NCBI GenBank assembly: GCA_964016885.1
Contig: OZ024744.1
Span: forward strand, 62,868,001 to 62,932,000
Direction of reading: 5' to 3'
DNA: 64,000 nt
Origin: Eledone cirrhosa
Lineage: Eukaryota
Shown: positions 54,602 to 64,000 of the stretch, piece after piece
Numbering within the stretch: position 1 is the first letter of the stretch
Layout: the number at the start of each line of letters is the position of its first letter
Position numbers and translations under genes: made by a program
Notes under the pieces: model-generated
The model's database searches: none
Seen by the model: only the letters and a program-made list of their open reading frames with translations
What the model was told of the DNA's origin: nothing

Positions 54602-55744
54602 TTAATAAATAATAAAAAGGTTATATGACTAAGCCCCTTCAAATTCTTGACTATTTTCAAAATAGTCAAAGTAAGCCGCTCTACATGGCATTCATCGATC
54701 TCGAGAAAGCCTTTGACAGAGTTCCCCGTGCTATAATCAGGTGGGCTCTTAGAAAACTAGGAGTAGGTGAATGGCTTGTGAAAGCTGTACAAGCCATGTA
54801 TAGAGGAGCAGTCAGCAAAGTTAGGATTAGCAATGAGTATTGCGACGAATTTAGCGTACAGGTCGGTGTCCACCGGGGCTCTGTTCTTAGCCCTCTCCTG
54901 TTCATCATAGTCCTGCAGGCAATAACGGAGGAGTTTAAGACCAGATGCCCATGGGAACTCCTGTATGCAGATGACCTCGCACTTATAGGTGAATCTATGG
55001 TAGAACTAGAGAAGAAATTCCAAACTTGGAAGCAGAGACTAGAAAGAAAGGGTCTCAAAGTCAACCTGACAAAGACTAAGGTCCTTGTAAGTAGACGAGA
55101 AAACAGAACCCAGATCCCCTCAGGGAAATGGCCTTGCTCAGTATGTAGGAAAGGTGTAGGTAGGAACTCCATTCTCTGCCCCAAATGCAAACAATGGGTA
55201 CACAAGAGATGTAGCGGTATCTCAGGAAGCTTAATTAAGAATGTAGGATTCACATGCTGGGACAGCAAGCAGCAAACAGCCACAGGAAACAAGTACCACA
55301 AATCTCTGGGAGGGCTTTGTAGAAACAGTAGACAGCTTCTGCTACCTAGGGATGGAAGAAGTTCAGGGAGCTACTGCCTGCCACTGCTAGCTGCAAAAGG
55401 CTTTTCCCTCAAAATGAAAGGCAGACTGTATGATGCGTGTATCCGAACAGCAATATTACATGGGAGTGAGACCTGGGCGCTGTCTGTGGAAGACTTGCGT
55501 AGATTAGAAAGAAACGAAGCCTGCATGCTCCGATGGATGTGTAATAGTAATATACGTGAACGGCAAAGCATAAATTGAGAGAGAGAGACTGAGCATAAGA
55601 GGAATCAAATGCTGTGTGCAGGAGGGGCGGTTGCGTTGGTATGGACATGTGATGCGTATGAAGGATGACAGCTGCATAAAAAAAATGCAGAGCACGAGAA
55701 GTCGATGGAAATCGCGGAGTGGGGAGACCCAAGAAGACCTGAGA

Positions 55745-58700
55745 TCATTATCTATAAAAGGCAGTGGATTGGCAGATAGGGCGGTGGATTGGCAGTATCG
55801 GTAGAGGGTCGGACGCCATGCTTTCCAGCATAGTTACGTCCCTTTACGATCTGAGTTCAAATCCCGCCGAGGTTGACTTTGCCTTTCATCCTTACGGGGT
55901 CGATAAAATAAAGTACCAGTAATGCACTGGGTAATTGCTGGCCTTGTGCCTAAAGTAGAAACAATTATCTATAAAAGGCAGATTGTTGTTGTTGTGTGTG
56001 TGTGTGTGTACATGTTCCATGTTTATACATTTGCACAATTTCAAACCGATTCGACTCAAAGTCTGTAAGAATGTTGTAAATGGTCCTAACTTAGGTCAAC
56101 GACTATTTATTTCATTCAAACTCACCCACAATTACGGAAATAATCGATAAAACTAAATACATGATGCTTTACTCCCTATAATACCTTCTGATTACTCTGC
56201 CTAACACCCCTTAAAAATCGAAAAAAAAAAAAATACATGCTGCAACCTACCCGCTCCTTACTAATTTCCTTTAGAGAGAGAAAAAAATAAAGGAGTGAGC
56301 CAGAGACAAACGTTAAATACATGACACTTACATTTTATACCAAACTACAATTATTCAAAAGCAACAGATAAATTTATTCAACAATCTTTTATATACGCTT
56401 AAAATCTTTTTTTTAAAACATCTATCATCCAACTCACACACAATTACATTTTGTGTATAACATATTTACACGTTTATTGAGTGAAAAAAAAAAAACAAAT
56501 AGGGATTTTTGGCCAAACAACTTCAAATTGCTGACAGAAGCGTGCTTTCAATAAACTGTGAGTTATTTATTTGCCGTTCGTTCTCCCATTTTTCCCCCTG
56601 CGGAACGCAAACAGTTTCAGCCTTATACTTTCAAAGGCAATTTTGCTGTAGAAGTAACTTTCACCCTTTCTTTTTCACATAAAATGCCACCTAAAAAGAG
56701 AAGTCGCCTCGGTCGCTATACCGCGTTAGCGGCGGTGCAGAGGGCGATTACAGCAAAAGAGTCCCCCGAGGAAACTGCTTTAAGACTTTCACAGAGTGTC
56801 TTACGTTCAACGGAATGCAGAGCTGCTTAAAGTTTTCAACAATGCACCGCACGCCTAGCTAAGATGGTTTCATACGATGCCTCGAGACGTGGTGCGATGT
56901 GTGATTCGGAGCGGGCGATACGTCATTCCCCCCCAAAAAATGCTTCTACTGCTACTTCCAGGGCTTCTGAGGGCCCGGAACAAAGGTCGACTCGCCTGAA
57001 TAGAAACGCTGCTGCTACTGCTGCTACTAGGGTTTCAGAGGCCTGGAACAAAGGGCGGCTCGACTGACTAGAAACGCTGCGGCTACTGCTGCTTCCAGGG
57101 CTTTGGAAGGTTTGGAACGGCGGACGACTCGCCTTGCTAGGAACGCTGCGGCTATGACTTCTTCCATGGCTTCTGAAGATGCAGACGGGCGCTCCATTAG
57201 GATTGCAAGGGTGGCTTCTGCTACTGCTTCGAGAGCTCCCCACGACCCACAGGAGCAACATTCTACGTTGGAGCGGAACAGTCGACGACAAGAAGCTGCC
57301 CGCGGTGTGACGAGTCCCAACAGCCCATACTGGCACCTACGGGTTTTCAAGTATGAGCCCAACGTTAACTACTCGATGCGTGCCGACATAAATATAGGGG
57401 AAATGCGCTTCAATTGCCAATTCTGCAATGCTAAAAAGTGGGCTAGGGAGCCACCTGCAATGTGCTGCTTAAACGGTAAGGTCAGCTTGCCCCTTCTTGG
57501 GGGAACCACCAGAGCCTTTGAAGTAACTACTTACTGGTTCTACCTCAAGGTCATCCAAATTCCTTCAACTCATCAGGAAGTACAATTGTGCGTTTCAAAT
57601 GACTTCTTTCGGAGCTAACGTTGTCAGAGAAAGTGGTTGGATGCCTACTTTCAAGGTCCAGGGACAGGTGTATTGGGTCGCTCCAGCCACTACAAAATTG
57701 CAAGCCTTCGCTCCTTCAAATTTATTTCATTTGTAACTACAGTAGGCAAGTTGATGCGCGGTTCGGCGTTATTCCACCACCTGCAAACACTGACGTTGAC
57801 ACTTTTGACAGGGACGTGCTGCTCGGTCTTCAAAACATGCTTCATAAGCACAACAGTTATATTCGCAGTTTCAAATACGCATTGGAAACAAATCCTTCAC
57901 CGTTGTCATCGATGCTGACAAAAGACCTTCTGGTGAGCACGCCCGCTGTTATAACGCTCCTTCGTGCAATGAAGTGGCCGTAGTTATCCATGGTGAACAG
58001 CACAATAAGCGGGACATAGTTCTTCAAAGTCGTGACAGTGGTCTTCGACATATTAATGAGACGCATCGTTCATACGACGCTCTGCAGTATCCCCTTCTTT
58101 TTGAATACAAAGAAAACGGGTACCATTTCGGCATTCCTCAGCACAAACCAAACGAGCCCACTGCTGCGACATCTAAAACTGTTTCATGCATGGCTTTATA
58201 CTCATATCGCTTCATGACGAGGCCTAACAATTTCAGCACCTTGCACAGGTCACGGGAACTGTTTCCCCAGTTTGTAGTTGACATGGCTGCAAAGATGGAG
58301 GCGGAGAGACTGTGCTTCATAAAATTGAATCAGAAGCAGCTGCGCTCAGACTCCTACATCCATTTGCGTGACGGCATCAGGAATGACACTGAACCCCGGA
58401 ACATCGGCAAAATGTGCATTCTCCCCTCAACCTATACGGAGGGCTGCGGTACATGCATGAGCGAACACAGGACGCTATGACGTTCGTTCAGCATTATGGG
58501 CGCCCCGATTTATTCATCACATTTACGTGTAACCCCAAGTGGGTTGAGGTTACGCGGGAACTTTTTGGCGGATATTCAGGTTTCCACTTCACCAAAGGCA
58601 CTCATACAACTAGCTGTTCATTTGGAAAATGGCCAGCGGGCTTACTTAACTGGACAGACTGCTGCTCATTTGGCGGCCAATCCAAAAGAAACAACTTTGA

Positions 58701-60731
58701 CTGGTTTTTTTATGCTTTGCCAACTTGACACATTTGCAAAAACACTTTCATATCCTCAAGTTATGTCCTAGTACATGTGGTCAAACAACACTTGGGTGCG
58801 TAGGAAGTCAGGTCAGGATGTTGAAGGACATCCTGATGTCAAGTTTGACAGTTGTCTAGGAAGAGTGTACACTGTACCTCCCAACCAACATGAATGTTTT
58901 CACCCGTGCATTCTCCTCCATGAGGTTTTTGGCCCACAAGGCTTTCGAGACATAAGAACTGTTGACGGTGAATTATGTGATACTCTCCGGGAAGCCTGCT
59001 TTAGGCGTGGCCTTTTGGAGGATGATTCACAATAGGGCGCCACTATGGCAGAGCGTGTTTTGTTGAAATCTCCTAAAAGACTAAGATCGCTTTTCGCTAT
59101 TCTACTCCTATGGTGCGACTTGGGTGATCCGGCCTCTGTATGGCTTAGCTACAAAGATTACATGTCTGAAGATTTCCTGCGTCACGCTCAGTTGCTAAAC
59201 CCATCGATGGAGGTCGGGTACAGTGACCTCATTTACAACAGGGCGCTGCTTGAAATCGAAGATACTGTTCTCGATATGGGCAGTAGTGCGTTGGCTTGTA
59301 TGGCCTACCTTCAACAAACCGGGAAGGTGCAAACACTCTGTCTTCGGATTTGCTGCGTGAGACATCTTATAATGTTGACAAGCTTGCCCAGTACATAGCG
59401 GAGAATGAGCCAAAGTTCCTTCCAGAACAGAAATTCGCTTACAACTCCGTTGTTAATTCTGTCCGGGGCAAAGCTGGGGGCATTTTTTTCCTGGACGCTC
59501 CTGGGGGGGACTAGGAAAACTTTTGTCACCAAATTAATATTAGCTGAAATTAGGTGAACAGAAGGAATTGCCTTAGCTGTGGCATCATCTGGAATTGCGG
59601 CTACTTTGTTGCCAGGCGGCAGGACAGCTCACTCCTATTTCAAGCTCCCGCTTGACTTAGCGAAGACTGAGACACCAACTTGCAACATCAGTAAGAGCTC
59701 CGATCAGGCAGAAGTGTTCAGACGATGCAAGCTTATCGTTTGGGACGAATGCACAATGGCCCACAGAGGTGCTCTTGAGGCGCTCGATAGAACTCTGAGA
59801 GACAGCAAAGACTCTACGGCTCCCATGGGAGGCATAACACTTCTTTCAGGGGACTTCAGGCAAACGCTTCCCATTATTCCCAAGAGGACTAGAGCTGGTG
59901 CAGTATGTGCGTGTCTTAAGTCATGCGCATTATGGCCCCTGGGGAAGACTGAAACTTCACACTAACATGCGTGCTCATATGCGAGGTGATATCGCATCAG
60001 CAGCATTTTCTCACACCCTCCTTGCACTTGGCAAAGGCAAAACGCCCGGAGATGAAAAGGGTAATATTGCCATCGACTCACTTTGTACCGTTGTTAGTAC
60101 GCCTTCTGATCTCGGGGATGCAGTGTTCCCAGATCTCCAAGCAAATTATCAGAATATGGATTGGCTTGCCCAAAGGTCTATTCTGGCCCCGAGGAATAAA
60201 ACTGTTAACCATAATGATCAAATGCTAAAACTCATTCCTGGGGATGGCTACGTATATAAGTCTATCGATAGAACTCCTGACCACGAGGACGCCATCAACT
60301 ATCCAATAGCAGGCTCATCTTCTACGTCCGACGTACATGATGAACTAACCATACAATGACCCCCTCTTCCTCTTTTTTGGTTGTCATAATTCGACAATGT
60401 TTTCAGGCCCCTGTTTGCGGTTTCCTCAATCCACCCCCTCCCCCGTTAAAACATGTCATGCAGAACAACTCCATCACAGCTCTGTTGTTTGGCTGGCATC
60501 GTCTACACGCGTGTTGCGCAAGTACTGTGAAACAATAAATTTGAACACTTTGATAATATCAATAGGCGAAACTACAATTGTCACTGCTGGCGCAGCTCCT
60601 GCTTCAGCAGTCCAGGTCTGCAATTCATTCACCCAGTGCCTGGCAGACAAAAAAGTGCTGCCATAAAATGGGTGGTGCAACCTAACTTTGGTAACTTACT
60701 GACCCCGAGCAACGCCGGGCTTTAATGCTAG
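55745..60731 (+). mobile_element. Helitron (degenerate RepHel, internally deleted)
   Basis: 5' TC; 3' hairpin CCCG-AGCAACGC-CGGG then CTAG; inserted between A and T; YGRPDLFITFTCNPKW, FLDAPGG, ASSGIAATLLPGGRTAHS, IVWDE and SGDFRQTLP motifs. Confidence 0.97.
55765..55963 (+). mobile_element. SINE inserted in the Helitron 5' end
   Basis: B box GAGTTCAAATCC; TSD ATTATCTATAAAAGGCAG; relatives near 40850 (+) and 5820-5960 (-). Confidence 0.8.
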
Positions 60732-61359
60732 TGAGGTGATAAAAGCCGGCCTTACCCAATTTCACCTCTCAAAGGCGATGACACACGACCCTGACCTCTG
60801 GCGTCAAGAGTAATACAGAAGACCCGACCCCCCACGGGTACAAGCTGAAGCTGAAGCAGATAGACAATATGCCTCCACACCCTCCCACTTCAAAATGGCC
60901 GTGGAGGTGCCTCGGCAAAAAAAGCACCCAGCCCACACTGTAAAGTGGACGTGTAGGCGTCACAGAAAAAAAGCACCCAGCACTCACTGTAAATGAGGTT
61001 GGTGTTAGGAAGAGCATCCAGTTGTAGAAATGAAGCCAGAATCAGTTCCTGTATGAGCAAGGCATGGTCAGCCGACCAGACACTGCCCACATCAGGACAA
61101 CCCGTCTAACCCATGCTAGCCTGGAAGAACGGACGTAAAATGGTGATGATGATATACAGTGGTTTTCATAAGAAATAATGTCATGAAAGGATTAAATAAT
61201 TTATATGACGCTTTAAACTGGCCATATCCGGTCAGAATTCCCTCACTTCATGTGAAGGTATTGTTCTCAAAATAAATATCAGAATCTCATAGATTCAGTA
61301 TTACGAGAGGTAAAGCCTTTACTATGAAAATAAAATGGTAAATATAAAGTAATGTAAAC

Positions 61360-61441
61360 CTTTTCTTTTACAGTCATGTATGCCTCTTTTAATTGATCCT
61401 CTTTTAATTGATCCTCTTCAGACTCATTATCGAAGAAATGA
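61360..61441 (-). CDS. KIF4: KIF4-like exon (HFFDNESEEDQLKEDQLKEAYMTVKEK)
   Basis: ttttcag acceptor, GT donor, 82 nt, phase 2 to 0; needed to keep the frame between neighbouring exons. Confidence 0.65.
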
Positions 61442-61841
61442 CTGAAAAGATATAAATTTTGGATTGAAAACTTAAACATGTAACTTGATATTTCAGAATA
61501 AAATTGAATGAATATTACTTTCAAATACAAATTCAGCCATTATCAGCAGTCTAACAGAACTGTTAGATTGAAGACACCCTCGTTCTTTTGTTTATTCATT
61601 CATATGATAGGTGTTAAGGAAAGGGAGTGCCCATAATCTTCATAGGCTCTGAGATTGGGGGTCCAATCTTTTTGGAAAGACTTGAGCAGGGAAAAATGAA
61701 AGACTGGATGTAGTGGCTAAAGCAGGGAGTGTATGTGGTGTATGAGGGGGTTTGAATATGATGTGGATGATGAGAGGAAAAACAAGTGAGTCAGGAAAGA
61801 GTTCCAGAGGCTTGATAATGTTCTGAGCAGAAAGGACTTAC

Positions 61842-61978
61842 TTCAGATTTCCCAAGATATAATTTAAACACTCTTGCAAATTATCTCGGGATGATTCAAC
61901 TTCAAAGGCTTTATTAACTAAATCAGCTTCTCTCTCAATCGACAATCTTAATTCTTCATTCAGAACAGAATTTTGTTC
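61842..61978 (-). CDS. KIF4: KIF4-like kinesin-4 stalk exon (EQNSVLNEELRLSIERE...ILGNL)
   Basis: cag acceptor, gtaagt donor, 137 nt, ends in phase 2 and matches the next exon; coiled-coil composition. Confidence 0.75.
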
Positions 61979-62565
61979 CTGAAAGTATGGAAACATAACA
62001 ATTAAAAACTTTAAATCAACACTTTTAAAGAGGTGAATGAATGAATAAATTGAATTAAATACTTAAAAAAGGATGCTGTAATTGTTAGACTATCAATACC
62101 ATAATACTACTAACAACAACAACAAGCAATAATATTGAAGACTAAGCAAATCATTTCTTCAAATAAAAATGAAGCATTAACTTAGGTAATGCACAGAGAG
62201 AGCACAATATTTACAAAGAGATAGAATATCATAAAATGTGGCCCATTAAATCATTCACTATGTACTATATTAAATACTAACAGAGGTACCTAGCGTTCCT
62301 TGGGAATTAAATAGCATTCATGTCAATACTTCAGTGCTGCTTCAAAAACTATACTTGTACAAAATCACTGGCTTTTTCCAAAAGGGGGTTCCTGCCCCAA
62401 GGAGTCCCCTACTCAGTGCGTGCCAATTCTGAGTGTTCAAATTCATCTATATGTATATATATGTGTATGCAAATATATATATATATATATGTATGTATGG
62501 GTATATACTGTAATGTGTATAGATGAATGTGTGTATGCATGCGTGTATGTATATTATATATAAGT

Positions 62566-63162
62566 ATATCCGGTACCTAGGAGATCAGATTAGCATGGGA
62601 GGAGGGTGTTCCGAGGCCATAGTATCTAGAATAAGGACGGGTTGGAAGAAGTTTAGGGAGCTGCTTCCTCTGTTGACGAAGAAGGGTTTCTCCCTGCGTA
62701 CGAAAGGCCAGTTGTATGATGCCTGTGTGAGGAGCGTGATGCTGCATGGTAGTGAGACATGGGCAGCAACTGCAGAGGATATGTGATGACTGGAGAGAAA
62801 TGAGGCAAGCATGCTCCGTTGGATGTGCAGTGTCAATGTGCGTGAACGACCCAGCATAAATGTGTTGAGAGAGAAACTGTGTCTGAGAGGGATAGAATGT
62901 AGTGTACGAGAGAGGAGACTGAGGTGGTATGGACATGTGATGCGCATGGAGGATGACCGATGGGTGAAGAAGTGCCAGGAAATGCCAGTTGAAAGAAGAC
63001 GTGGTAGAGGTAGACCATGAAAAACATGGGCGGAGGTGGTGAGAACAGACATCATATCATTGAAGCTCACGGTGGAGATGATGAAGGACCGTGACGAGTG
63101 GAGAGATGCTGTGCTGAATAAGACCCGTCCCACCCTTGCAAGCAGGGAAAAGCGGACGTAAA

Positions 63163-63190
<28 letters not shown>
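62566..63190 (+). mobile_element. RTE 3' fragment (third subfamily)
   Basis: RYLGDQI...RLRWYGHV; (TGA)n tail. Confidence 0.9.
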
Positions 63191-63193
<3 letters not shown>

Positions 63194-64000
63194 GTGTATG
63201 TATCGGCGCATACTTATGCATTGGCCTAAATCTTAACTATTATTTACTTTTATTGTTTTAATAACCTCTATCATTTCCGTTTAACTTTATTTGTATTATT
63301 CTTAAACTCCAGAGCCGAGAATCATCCGGTTATTCTAAATAGAATATTAGTCTAACGTCTCCTTTTATACCATAAATGTGTTTTTGTCTTTGCAAGAAAT
63401 CGTTCTCATCACTCCACATAACAGGGTAATTATCCTAGCTTTTCTTTCCATTCATCGCCAGGGAACGTTTTCACGAACCAAAGTATCATCTTCCTGTTTT
63501 CCTTCGGTTCTAACTTTTCTCGAAATATTTGCTGCGGCACCCACAGATTGATTTTTTTTTTTTTTAGTTTCAGAAGATCCCGTTAAGGGTGAAAGAAGCG
63601 ATTCTTTGCTTAAACTTCAATCTGCTATTATATATAGATGCGTGTGCGCGCGAACATTGTAACTTCCCTGGACACACAGTCACAATACGTCATGTGAAAG
63701 AGAAAGATGTAAGGTTGAGGAAAGGAGAAAGTTGAACAGTGTGTGAAGAATAAATAAAAGTTAAAGTTATAGAACACTGCTATCATTTTCTCCCCTCCCC
63801 AAACTCCCTCACTCTTTCTTAACCTCCCTCTCTCTCTCTCTGGCTTATATACATATACATACATACACATATATGTGCGTGTGTAAACCAGCATTCGTCG
63901 CCATTCTCTCTCCGAATATCTTGTACCTCTCTGTATAACGGCCTATCTCACTCTCTACCTCTCCATCTCCATCTCTCTTTAGCTGTGCATGTGTGTGTGT

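Larger units (their letters stand above)
54665..61152 (+). mobile_element. 5'-truncated RTE LINE split by a Helitron (RTE parts 54665-55744 and 60732-61152)
   Basis: RT ORF 54625-55578; the sequence AAGACCTGAGA|TGAGGTGATAAAAG rejoins across the insertion. Confidence 0.9.

Overview
Eukaryotic, AT-rich and very repeat-dense genomic DNA. The SINE and RTE-LINE content with (TGA)n tails and huge (TA/CA)n arrays suggests a cephalopod or octopus; this is inference. The minus strand carries 13 small GT-AG exons (61978 down to 1569) that splice in consistent phase into a coiled-coil stalk resembling chromokinesin KIF4; the motor domain and tail lie outside the window. The introns are filled with RTE LINEs (three near full length), two Helitrons, piggyBac-derived elements and MITEs, LTRs (one with a tRNA-Trp-type PBS), Tc1/mariner and CRE remnants, tRNA-SINEs and a 5'-truncated Penelope-like element (RT thumb plus GIY-YIG). 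The most unusual region is 29.6-40.7 kb. It holds a cluster of four type I hammerhead-ribozyme folds, three outside any ORF-bearing element or inverted against it, and a family of short internally deleted RTE derivatives, all embedded in (TA)n microsatellites. All calls were made by eye, without database searches or folding software.
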